The notes under the pieces were generated by a model. The model did no database searches. It saw nothing but the letters and a program-made list of their open reading frames with translations, and was not told where the DNA came from. From a virus (taxonomy: Duplodnaviria > Caudoviricetes), in IMG/VR virus record IMGVR_UViG_3300029821_000022, positions 1 through 32,858 of that record: a DNA stretch of 32,858 nucleotides; one strand, 5' to 3'. The position numbers and the translations under genes were made by a program. Below are positions 18,495 to 26,882 of this stretch, piece after piece. Every line of letters begins with the position of its first letter. Position 1 is the first letter of the stretch.

Positions 18495-19469
18495 GTGGCG
18501 AGTTTCGAGCGACGGGGTAGGCGTTGGCGAGTGCGTGTGTACGTCAACGGGGTGCGCGATTCGATGACGCATGCTACCAAGGCGGCGGCATCGGCGTGGG
18601 CGATGACGCGTGAGGCGGAGCTGGCGGGTACGGCGTTGCCGAGCCGGACTGTGGCCCAGGCGTTGCAGCGGTACGCGGATGAGGTGAGCCCGACGCACCG
18701 GGGCGAGCGTTGGGAGCGGGTGCGGTTGGTGGCGATTGCGCGCAATTGGGATCTGGCGCGGCATGCGCTGGCATCGATCAAGCCGGCCGATATTGCGGCT
18801 TGGCGTGATGCGCGGCTGTTGGAGGTGGCGCCGGCGAGCGTTGCGCGTGAGATGACGCTGATGCGGTTGGTGTTCGAGCATGCGCGGCGTGAGTGGGGTT
18901 GGCTGAGCGACAACCCGATGGCGGATGTGCGCCGGCCGGGTGGCCATCAGGCGCGATCGCGGCGGGTGAGTGACGATGAAATCACCCGGGTCTGCTTTGC
19001 CCTGGGCTGGGACATGGCCAGCGTGGCGACAACGGCCGCGCAGCGGGTGGCGGTGGCATTGTGCCTGGCCGTGGAAACGGCGATGCGCTCTGGTGAATTG
19101 TGCAGCCTTTTGTGGAGCCAAGTGCTGATTGATGAGCGCTACGCGCGGCTTGAGCGCACGAAAAACGGTGATGCGCGGGATGTGCCGCTATCGACGCGAG
19201 CCGTCGAGTTGATCGGGATGCTGCCGCGCATCGATGACCGCATGCTGGCGTTGGATGATGCCACGCGCGATGTGCTGTTCCGCCGCGCCCGCGACACGGC
19301 AGGCATTGCGGATCTGCGCTTTCACGATGCCCGCCACGAAGCCACAACGCGCCTCGCGCGCCGGCTGGATGTGCTCGACCTGGCACGCATGACGGGGCAC
19401 CGCGACCTCAAGAGCCTGCGGCGGTACTACAACCCGACCGCGACTGAGATTGCGGAGCGGTTGGGGTGA
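18495..19469 (+). CDS. int: Tyrosine recombinase/integrase
   Basis: Catalytic R (MRSGE), K (TKNG), HDAR, GH and Y; SD GGAGG at 18486-18490. Confidence 0.95.
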   Translation: MASFERRGRRWRVRVYVNGVRDSMTHATKAAASAWAMTREAELAGTALPSRTVAQALQRYADEVSPTHRGERWERVRLVAIARNWDLARHALASIKPADIAAWRDARLLEVAPASVAREMTLMRLVFEHARREWGWLSDNPMADVRRPGGHQARSRRVSDDEITRVCFALGWDMASVATTAAQRVAVALCLAVETAMRSGELCSLLWSQVLIDERYARLERTKNGDARDVPLSTRAVELIGMLPRIDDRMLALDDATRDVLFRRARDTAGIADLRFHDARHEATTRLARRLDVLDLARMTGHRDLKSLRRYYNPTATEIAERLG

Positions 19470-19473
19470 TGGG

Positions 19474-19845
19474 TCACCGTGGGGTGTGTTTGGTGTTAGG
19501 CGGCACAGTCCGACGGCGTCTGTATTCCGCGTGCCATTGCCGACGCATTGCTGCAATCGCGCCAGGCGCAAGCAATCCCTTCCGGCCGCCTCTGGCGGCT
19601 GCGCAACAACCTGAGCAATGGTCAATTGTGCCGCCGTCCTTGCCACAGATTAACCCAACAATCGTTCCATGCCTGTCGCAGAACGGCGCGTCGCAGGTGC
19701 AGCTTGTTGATAGCATTGCGGCCATGGTAGCCGCCTTGTACGGCGGCCCCCTGTGAGGCTTGTGCCAGCCGGCATCAACCAGCGCAATCACCGCATCGCA
19801 CAGGTGTGTTGCAGGCTCATCGCAAAACATGCATCGTTCGACCAT
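19474..19845 (-). CDS. Cys-rich hypothetical protein (probable Zn-binding)
   Basis: CMFC...LCD...TCDAPFCDRH...DHCSGC; start uncertain. Confidence 0.65.
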   Translation of the reverse strand: MVERCMFCDEPATHLCDAVIALVDAGWHKPHRGPPYKAATMAAMLSTSCTCDAPFCDRHGTIVGLICGKDGGTIDHCSGCCAAARGGRKGLLAPGAIAAMRRQWHAEYRRRRTVPPNTKHTPR

Positions 19846-19906
19846 GATGGCTATCTCAGTGCGGCCTAACACGTCATCCGAGTTGACAGCTTCGCTGCAA
19901 CTCAAT

Positions 19907-20395
19907 TCAATGGTTATGCCCCACAACCACAAAGCCCAGCCCACTCCGGCGCAGCACTTCAAGGTTGTTGGCTCCATACGCCACTAGCGCTATTGGTGCG
20001 CCGCTGTTGAAGCTTGCGCGGCGTCCGTCAACGTAGTGGAAGTGCGGGCGGCCCTTGAGAAACAGCACGCCATGCGCGTGGCCCCACACCGTGCCGTAAA
20101 ACATGGCAGTTTCTGTGCGCGCAGGTATCAGCGCAATGCCGTTACCATGGTCGCGCATCTTCGACAACCACTTCACAGCTTCGCGCCCAAATGGAGGGTT
20201 ACACCACACACGGCCGCGCCAAGGCTTACCCAGCCCGTCATCGTTCACGGTGTAATGCTCAGTGGCCGTCGCCCAAGGCCGGTTGATCGGTGCGCACGGG
20301 TCCAGGTCGAATCGACCAAGCACCCCAAGGATCTCGGGCGGCGTCAGCCACTCGTCGTTTTTCATCTTCGCGCTTTGGTGTCTACTCAATCCCAT
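19907..20395 (-). CDS. dam: Phage DNA N6-adenine methyltransferase (Dam family)
   Basis: DEWLTP, FDLDPCA, DGL..PW, VWCNPPF, LIPARTET motifs. Confidence 0.92.
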   Translation of the reverse strand: MGLSRHQSAKMKNDEWLTPPEILGVLGRFDLDPCAPINRPWATATEHYTVNDDGLGKPWRGRVWCNPPFGREAVKWLSKMRDHGNGIALIPARTETAMFYGTVWGHAHGVLFLKGRPHFHYVDGRRASFNSGAPIALVAYGANNLEVLRRSGLGFVVVGHNH

Positions 20396-20418
20396 AACGT
20401 CCTCGCGGCGTGGCATAA

Positions 20419-20730
20419 CTAGTCGTTCAAGGTGGGCGCGGTTGTGGTGATGCTGGGCGGCAACGGTTTCTCTTCGCCGCAGATTGTGCAGCGCAATCGC
20501 GCGTACTCCGGTGGCCATGTCTTTGTCTTTTCATACTGATGCACGCCGCCGTTCAGGCAGTCGGCTTTGCCCGGGTAGTAGTGCATGGTCGTGACTGTTG
20601 TGTACACGAAGGTTTTTCCGCACTCACCGCACTCTTGATGGAACGTTTCATCCTCGGCGTAGCCATAGCCATCGTCGTGGTTTATTTCCTCGGAAGCGTT
20701 GCAGTATGGGCAATTGACATCGTGGGCCAT
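20419..20730 (-). CDS. Zn-ribbon hypothetical protein
   Basis: CPYC, CGEC, C..H, CTIC; SD AAGGAG. Confidence 0.75.
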   Translation of the reverse strand: MAHDVNCPYCNASEEINHDDGYGYAEDETFHQECGECGKTFVYTTVTTMHYYPGKADCLNGGVHQYEKTKTWPPEYARLRCTICGEEKPLPPSITTTAPTLND

Positions 20731-20744
20731 CACTTTCTCCTTGG

Positions 20745-21377
20745 TCAACCTGTAAGCATCGTGCACGCTGTTGCGGCCATGGTGGCAACATAGGCGCGCT
20801 CGCCCTGGTCATACGGCTGCGGATCGGGCTGCAGCAGGTCGCGCAAGTGGACGATGCGCAGGCCGATGCGGTGGGCGATGTGCAGCTCCAGGTGCGCGCC
20901 GGCGCTGGTCTCCCACCCCGGCATCAAGACGATGGCCTCGCAGTCGCACAGGGCCTTGAGGTCGGCGCGCATGCAGTTGGCCCAATCATCCGATGATTCG
21001 GCGATCTCGGCCGGGTTGACCACGTTAATGCCAGCCCCACGCAACGCTGCTGCGGCGGCGTGGAAGGCGGGGTAGTTGAACTCGGGGTGCCCGGTCATCG
21101 GGCCAGACAGATAGTGCAATGCGCCGATGCGCATGGCCTGCTCGCAGTCAGGCGTTGGCTGTATTGATGCGTCTGGCACGGGCACCAGGCAGTAGCCCTT
21201 GGGTGGGGTATAGTTGTCGCGCATCCAGGTGTCGGCCACCTCGCGTAAAAACGATGCGATTGTGTCGTACCTGCGCTCGCCGAACGCAGCGGACACGGCA
21301 AGCACGCGCATCGTGATATCCAGGTTGCGATTGTCCTCAATCACGGCTGTTACGGCATTGTGCAATGTGTCAGTCAT
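20745..21377 (-). CDS. DUF4406-like (nucleoside 2-deoxyribosyltransferase-like fold) protein with N-terminal extension
   Basis: YLSGPMTGHPEFNYPAF, VVNPAE, W..CMRADLKALCDCEAI.LMPGWETSAGA.LE. Confidence 0.85.
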   Translation of the reverse strand: MTDTLHNAVTAVIEDNRNLDITMRVLAVSAAFGERRYDTIASFLREVADTWMRDNYTPPKGYCLVPVPDASIQPTPDCEQAMRIGALHYLSGPMTGHPEFNYPAFHAAAAALRGAGINVVNPAEIAESSDDWANCMRADLKALCDCEAIVLMPGWETSAGAHLELHIAHRIGLRIVHLRDLLQPDPQPYDQGERAYVATMAATACTMLTG

Positions 21378-21417
21378 CCCATTGCCCTCTATTTGTGTCG
21401 TGCTCAGGGCGCACGGC

Positions 21418-21732
21418 TTACCCTCTGCGTGATCCGCCTACGACGCGCAGGCGGCGGTTTGGTTTGGGTTGCTCGCCGGCCGGCGCTGCAACAGCGGTTG
21501 TGCGCGCCTTGGAGCGTTTTTGCATGGCGGCGATGATGCGCATGCCGTGCGCAATGCGCGGCACGAAATCCCACGATGCTTCGTCGATGCGCAGGCGGCG
21601 GCGGTACTGCTGCAGGCGGTCGGCAGGCGATGGCGCGGTGATGGCCTGCTGCACGAGGTCGCGCACGCCGCCGTGGCATATACCCGCTGCCTGCGCAAGC
21701 CATTGGTTGGCGCCTGCAGTGTGGCGGCTCAT
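21418..21732 (-). CDS. Hypothetical protein
   Basis: ATGA-coupled in the leftward operon. Confidence 0.6.
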   Translation of the reverse strand: MSRHTAGANQWLAQAAGICHGGVRDLVQQAITAPSPADRLQQYRRRLRIDEASWDFVPRIAHGMRIIAAMQKRSKARTTAVAAPAGEQPKPNRRLRVVGGSRRG

Positions 21733-21941
21733 GCGGCATCACCGAATGGATGCAGCGTCGCCTCGCCGCCGATTTGCTGGGCGGCGCGGCGCGCAGCGGC
21801 GTCCACCGACGCGCCGGCTGCATACAGGCGTGCAGCAAGGCGAGCGGCACCGAGTGCCTGGGAGCGTTCGCCGGCGCGGAACATGCGCTCTTGGGCGAGG
21901 CGACGAACCATGAATTCACGCGGGGTGACAATGGTTTGCAT
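21729..21941 (-). CDS. Hypothetical Ala/Arg-rich protein
   Basis: SD TAAGGAG before ATG 21941. Confidence 0.65.
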   Translation of the reverse strand: MQTIVTPREFMVRRLAQERMFRAGERSQALGAARLAARLYAAGASVDAAARRAAQQIGGEATLHPFGDAA

Positions 21942-21951
21942 GTGGCTCTCC

Positions 21952-22263
21952 TTACTGGACGGGGCGCGCGGCTTTGGTACGCTCAAGCTCGATAACGTCG
22001 ATGAATGCCATGAGTGCATCAATCACGGTCTGATTTCTGGCGGCATCGTTACCAGCCCACCAGGCGTCGGCTTCCGCTGTGCCGATGCGGTATGGGGGGA
22101 TTTTGTTCCCCATTTCGCGGATCGCAATGTAGGTGAGGCTTGCCTCGAACCCGAGCTTGTATGCATCGCTGCGCTGTGGGCCTGCCATGAACCGACGGTG
22201 CACAAACAGTTGCACCGCAGACAGGTGTAGCGCTCTTAAATCGGCCAACATGCGCGCGCTCAT
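21952..22263 (-). CDS. Hypothetical phage protein
   Basis: RSDAYKLG...PYRIGTAEADAWWAG motif; coupled to upstream gene. Confidence 0.7.
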   Translation of the reverse strand: MSARMLADLRALHLSAVQLFVHRRFMAGPQRSDAYKLGFEASLTYIAIREMGNKIPPYRIGTAEADAWWAGNDAARNQTVIDALMAFIDVIELERTKAARPVQ

Positions 22264-22526
22264 CGAGGCGGACTCACGGCGGCGAGTGCGGCCTTAAAGC
22301 GGATGCATGCTACGCGATGGCAATCGACGCCCTTGCACAGTTCGTCGTAGCTTGCTTTGACCATCGCCGCCTGCGTGGTTTCCACCAACATGGCCGATTC
22401 GATCAGTTCAGCGATCGCGGCACGGGCCGCCGTCATCGGCCCAAAATGTTCGTCGCCATAGGTAACCAAGCGGCACTTGATCACGTCATCCATGACGGCC
22501 AACACGTCGATGCGTGGCGCGCTCAT
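22260..22526 (-). CDS. Hypothetical phage protein
   Basis: ATGA coupling at both ends; IDVLAVMD...ARAAIAELIE. Confidence 0.7.
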   Translation of the reverse strand: MSAPRIDVLAVMDDVIKCRLVTYGDEHFGPMTAARAAIAELIESAMLVETTQAAMVKASYDELCKGVDCHRVACIRFKAALAAVSPPR

Positions 22527-22735
22527 GCCGCCACCTGCTCGGCGTGGGCCGATGCGCCGGCGCGCGGCGCGGGTGCGTAGTACTTGAGGGTGTTACGGGC
22601 TGCGGTGATCACGGAGTCGAAGGAGTCGCGCACGCCGCCGCAATGCGGCTGACCGTTGACTCTGAGCTCGTACGACCACCGGCCGGTCGCTATCCCTTCG
22701 ATGTGCAGGGTGAGTGTTTTCGCGGGCTGATCCAT
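22523..22735 (-). CDS. Hypothetical protein, first gene of the leftward operon
   Basis: SD GGGAG (22746-22742), 6 nt before ATG 22735. Confidence 0.65.
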   Translation of the reverse strand: MDQPAKTLTLHIEGIATGRWSYELRVNGQPHCGGVRDSFDSVITAARNTLKYYAPAPRAGASAHAEQVAA

Positions 22736-22771
22736 GTTCGGCTCCCATGCCACGGGGTGTGGCGTGGGGCA

Positions 22772-22800
22772 ACCTTATAACCGTTAGTATCGCGTGTCAA
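22772..22800 (-). promoter_or_regulatory. Leftward early sigma70 promoter (PL-like)
   Basis: TTGACA (22800-22795), 17-bp spacer, TAAGGT (22777-22772). Confidence 0.85.
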
Positions 22801-22928
22801 TACCAGCGGTATGTTTTTCGGTGTGCTTGCTGAACGCATCCCGAGAATTTGTCTTACTTGAAACCATAGGTTGCAATTATTTCACCTCCGGCGAAACTAA
22901 AAGTATTGACAAACGATACTGGCGGTTA
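22778..22928. promoter_or_regulatory. Five 13-bp dyad operators, approximate consensus WWACY-N3-RGTWW
   Basis: TAACCgttAGTAT 22778, ATACCagcGGTAT 22800, AAACCataGGTTG 22861, AAACTaaaAGTAT 22894, ATACTggcGGTTA 22916. Confidence 0.8.
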
Positions 22929-22934
22929 TACCGT
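22906..22934 (+). promoter_or_regulatory. Rightward early sigma70 promoter (PR-like)
   Basis: TTGACA (22906-22911), 17-bp spacer, TACCGT (22929-22934). Confidence 0.85.
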
Positions 22935-22941
22935 GCTGGCC

Positions 22942-23169
22942 ATGAAACCGATCGACAAAGCCATTGATCTAGTTGGCGGCCGGCAAAAACTGGCCACCGC
23001 ATGCGGTGTGAGCTACACAGCCGTCCAAAAATGGCGCACCAAGGTGCCTGCCGAAAAGGTGCCGGTGATCGCTGCCGCTACCGGTTACCGCGTGCCATGC
23101 GCCGCGCTGCGGCCCGACCTTTTCAGCACCGAGGCGATGTTCGGTGCCAATCAATCCGAGGCCGCCTGA
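22942..23169 (+). CDS. cro: Cro/YdaS-like HTH regulator
   Basis: IDKAIDLVGGRQKLATACGVSYTAVQKW...VP...LRPDLF. Confidence 0.9.
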   Translation: MKPIDKAIDLVGGRQKLATACGVSYTAVQKWRTKVPAEKVPVIAAATGYRVPCAALRPDLFSTEAMFGANQSEAA

Positions 23170-23509
23170 TGGCGCGCCTCACCATTTTCGCAGCCCGTCG
23201 GCGAATGCGCGCCGACTGCCCCCTCCCGAGCGTGGCGACAGCTGGCGGGCTGCGAACTTTCTCTCTGGGTCGGGGCGCTGTTGCTCGACACAACAGCGCG
23301 GCCATGGATGGCCCCCGGGGTTTGATCGAGCAGACGAAACACGACGGCAATCAGATGTCCATCCATGCCACGCACAGCGCTGAGCATAGCGCCAAGCCAT
23401 CCATCAGATTGGGCATCGATCGTTGTCATGGGCCTGCATTCTGTGGCCTGGCATCGGGACGCATGGGGAACGATGTGTCCCGACGCTTCCCATCATTGGG
23501 GATCCAAGC

Positions 23510-23893
23510 ATGAATCAGCAGCAAATGACGCTGATGTTTGAGCCGAACTTGGCTACCCGGCACCGCAGCCTCAAGGATTGCATCGCTACTGGTGTTTACC
23601 AGCGCGGCATTTCAGCAGTGGCGGGCAAGATCGATTCGAGTCCGAGCCATTTGTCCGAGGCGCTATCCGGTGCAGACCGGCGCAAGTTCGACGTGGATGA
23701 TCTCGAGCGCTACATCGAAAAGACGGGTGACACATCACCAATCTTGTACCTGGTCGCCGAGTTCATGCGCGACCCGGCAGCGGCCCAACAAGAGGCACTT
23801 GCACGCTTGGCGATACTCGCTGATTCGCTGCCTGGGCTGATGGCAGCAGCCGGAGTTATCCCATCTGTGCAGCAAAAGCAGTGCCGAAAGTGA
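23510..23893 (+). CDS. CII-like HTH regulator
   Basis: VAGKIDSSPSHLSEALS HTH and TGDTSPILYL; position downstream of cro. Confidence 0.7.
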   Translation: MNQQQMTLMFEPNLATRHRSLKDCIATGVYQRGISAVAGKIDSSPSHLSEALSGADRRKFDVDDLERYIEKTGDTSPILYLVAEFMRDPAAAQQEALARLAILADSLPGLMAAAGVIPSVQQKQCRK

Positions 23894-24096
23894 TGGGCAC
23901 GCGCGTCATTTCGACCTATCAGATTGCGATGTGCCGCAGAGCAATGCAGGCAATCGCAGTGGAGTACACCCATGAGCAAGCGCTCGAGTCGATGCATTAC
24001 CTGGACACATGCGAGCGCGACCGAAGGCAACTCAGCCTACCGCTCGACCCCGCTCCCCTGCTTGTTGAGCGTGACTACGACGCGACGAACGAATAA
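23893..24096 (+). CDS. Hypothetical protein
   Basis: Coupled to the upstream stop; contains QLSLPL. Confidence 0.55.
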   Translation: MGTRVISTYQIAMCRRAMQAIAVEYTHEQALESMHYLDTCERDRRQLSLPLDPAPLLVERDYDATNE

Positions 24097-24185
24097 ACGT
24101 GTGCCAGGGTGAAGGTACTCCCTGGGCGTGCGCACTGCGGGTAAAAGAAGTGCGAAATCTGTGTAGTCAGTGACTTGGGAGATTA

Positions 24186-26570
24186 GTGAACGTGTCAGCG
24201 AACTACCAGGACGTACTCGCACAGTTGACCGGTGCCGGGCTGATCATCGACTCACTCGAAACGGGTAGAATGCGTCGGTGCAAGGTCAAGGGAGACCGCG
24301 AAAAGCGCGGCTGGTATTCGCTGCATGAGATTCAATCACAGAACGGCGAGACACTGATTGTCGGCAGCTACGGCATCTGGCACGGCAGCGACAACGGCGC
24401 GCAAAAAGTTGAACTGCGCAAGGCTGCGTTCTCAGCCGAGCAACGCGAATCAATCCGCAAGCGCATCGCCGAGGATCGCAAGCGCGCTGACACTGCGCGG
24501 CGCATCGAAAATGACCGGGCAGCGCATCGAGCGGCATCGGCTTGGGCGCGGTACTCGCTGGATGGTGAATCCGAATACCTGGCACGCAAGGGCGTCGGCG
24601 CGTATGGCGTGCGTTTCACGCCTGCCGGCGCAGTGGTCATTGCACTCACCGACGTGGCCGGTGTTGTGTACGGCTTGCAGTTCGTCCGTACCGCTGCTCA
24701 GGCAGCTGCGAGCAATCGCCCACGCAAGGAGTTCTGGCCGGCGGGCATGGCCAAGCGCGCCCACTTCCACCTGATCGGCGTGCCAGATCGCGTGGTCCTG
24801 GTTGCCGAAGGATATGCCACAGCGGCATCACTGCACCAAGCCACTGGAATTCCGGCGGTGGTTGCGTTTGATGCCGGCAACATCGCGCCGGTGTGCGCCG
24901 CACTACGCAAGCGCTACAAGACGATCAAGATACTGATCTGTGCCGATGACGACAGCCTGGCCAAGTGCAGGAAATGCGAGCACAAGCTGTCACTCACTGA
25001 TCACCCAACGACGTGCCCGTCATGCGATCAGGCGCACGAACGTAACAATGCCGGCGTGCTGGCCTCCAGCACTGCCGCACTTGAGGCCGGCGGTGCCTGG
25101 ATCGCGCCCGCGTTCCCGGACACGGTGGCCCGGTGGGCGAAGTTCGTCGAGCGCGACATCAAACTGACGGACTTCAACGACCTGGCGGCAGAAACTACAG
25201 CCGCTGCCGTGCGCGACCAGGTGCTGACCCGCATCTCGGCATTGGGCTGGGCCATCACCCGTAGCGCAGCGCCTGCAACCAAACCAAGGGGGGAGGGGCT
25301 GACGCCGATTGGCTCGATTGGCGAATTGCTCGACCGCTACGCGCTGGTGTACGGGCAGGGCGGCACCGTGTTCGATCGCCAGGAGCACTGCCTCGTGGCG
25401 TTATCAGACATGCGCGACGCCTGCCAGGCACGCGAACTACACCGCGCCTGGTGCGAACACCCCGACCGCGACATCGTGCGCGTCCGTGAAGTGGGCTTCG
25501 ATCCCGGCTGCGACGACCTCGACATTACCTGCAACCTGTGGGCTGGGTGGCCAACCGAGCCCGTTGCCGGCCGCTGCGAAAAGCTGCTCGACCTGCTGCG
25601 CTACATGTGCGCCAACGATGCCAATCCCGAAGCACTGTACCAATGGGTGCTGCGCTGGATCGCGTACCCGATCCAGCATCCCGGCGCCAAGATGAAGACC
25701 ACCATGGTCATTCACGGGCCGCAGGGCACTGGCAAGAACCTGTTTTTCGAAGCGCTGATGTCGATCTATGGGCCCTATGGCCGCGTGATTGGCCAGGACG
25801 CCATCGAGGATCGCTTCAACGACTGGGCATCACGCAAGCTGTTCCTGATTGCGGATGAAGTGATCGCGCGCAGCGACCTGTACCACGTCAAGAACAAGCT
25901 CAAGGCATTTATCACCGGCGAATGGATACGCATCAACCCGAAAAATCTGGCCGCGTACGACGAACGCAACCACGTCAACATCGTGTTCTTGAGCAACGAA
26001 GCCATGCCCGTGGTGCTCGAAGAGGATGACCGTCGGCACGTCGTGATCTGGACACCCGAGAAACTCTCGCACGAGTACTACCGCGCGGTGCTCGATGAAA
26101 TCGCCAACGGTGGCGCCGCAGCGCTGCATGATTACCTGCTGCACCTCGATCTGGGCGAGTTTGGCAACGGGCAAGCCCCGCCGGTCACGTCAGCAAAATC
26201 CGAACTGATCAGCCTCTCGCTCGACAGCACCGCGCGGTTCTACTACGCGCTCATCTCCGGCGACATCCCCGGCGTTACGCCTTGTCCCGCGCTCAGCAGC
26301 AGCGTTTACGAACTGTACCGGCTGTGGTGCAACCACACCGGCAACCGCGCTGCGCCGCAACAGCGGCTCATCAACGCCTGGCAGCGGCATCACCGCGTCG
26401 TCAACGCCCGCAAGCGGTACCAGCACGGCTCACGCGTTGCCGGCCCGCATGGTGTGCTGTACCTCGGTGCCTGCGAACTGCCACCCGATGCCAACGAAAC
26501 CACCTGGCTTGGCGACCAGATCAGCGCATTCAAAGCGTCCGTTGTCGACTATCGCGAGGCCACCAAATGA
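24186..26570 (+). CDS. Primase-helicase (TOPRIM plus SF3/D5-like helicase)
   Basis: AEGYATA, AFDAGN, ICADDD, TDFNDL; Walker A GPQGTGKN, Walker B LIADE, motif C FLSN. Confidence 0.93.
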   Translation: MNVSANYQDVLAQLTGAGLIIDSLETGRMRRCKVKGDREKRGWYSLHEIQSQNGETLIVGSYGIWHGSDNGAQKVELRKAAFSAEQRESIRKRIAEDRKRADTARRIENDRAAHRAASAWARYSLDGESEYLARKGVGAYGVRFTPAGAVVIALTDVAGVVYGLQFVRTAAQAAASNRPRKEFWPAGMAKRAHFHLIGVPDRVVLVAEGYATAASLHQATGIPAVVAFDAGNIAPVCAALRKRYKTIKILICADDDSLAKCRKCEHKLSLTDHPTTCPSCDQAHERNNAGVLASSTAALEAGGAWIAPAFPDTVARWAKFVERDIKLTDFNDLAAETTAAAVRDQVLTRISALGWAITRSAAPATKPRGEGLTPIGSIGELLDRYALVYGQGGTVFDRQEHCLVALSDMRDACQARELHRAWCEHPDRDIVRVREVGFDPGCDDLDITCNLWAGWPTEPVAGRCEKLLDLLRYMCANDANPEALYQWVLRWIAYPIQHPGAKMKTTMVIHGPQGTGKNLFFEALMSIYGPYGRVIGQDAIEDRFNDWASRKLFLIADEVIARSDLYHVKNKLKAFITGEWIRINPKNLAAYDERNHVNIVFLSNEAMPVVLEEDDRRHVVIWTPEKLSHEYYRAVLDEIANGGAAALHDYLLHLDLGEFGNGQAPPVTSAKSELISLSLDSTARFYYALISGDIPGVTPCPALSSSVYELYRLWCNHTGNRAAPQQRLINAWQRHHRVVNARKRYQHGSRVAGPHGVLYLGACELPPDANETTWLGDQISAFKASVVDYREATK

Positions 26571-26586
26571 CCGCCATGCCCGAATC

Positions 26587-26828
26587 TGTGCGGGTGTGCG
26601 GGCAGGTGTGCGGGCTGCGTGTGCGGGCTGGAATGGCGTCAGTGCGCCACCGTAGCTGTTTGCGGCCTATCGCCTACACGTGCGCGCGAATTGCACAAAA
26701 TCTCACTACGCCCAAACGCGCCCGCGCATGTGCAATCCATGCACCTGCCCGCACACCCGCACAGCCCATGCGTGGCGCGTGTTTCAGCCCGCACACGCAG
26801 CCCGCACACCTGCCCGCACACCCGCACA
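26587..26828. repeat. Putative replication origin: perfect 44-bp inverted repeat built of TGTGCGGG iterons
   Basis: 26587-26630 is the exact reverse complement of 26785-26828; extra iterons at about 26741-26765. Confidence 0.85.
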
Positions 26829-26882
26829 CTCGCGCGCGCGTCTTTCTCACCCTCGCGTTTCACGAAAAAAGAGTAGTAGCTG

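Noticed and set aside
18495-19469. Shufflon (Rci-like) invertase system
   Set aside because: No inverted sfx-like sites or alternative cassettes seen; the adjacent tRNA-derived att core explains the recombinase
23151-23513. ORFs between cro and the cII-like gene (+23169-23513, -23151-23429), including as a hidden repressor
   Set aside because: No HTH or other recognisable motif; coding status cannot be decided by eye
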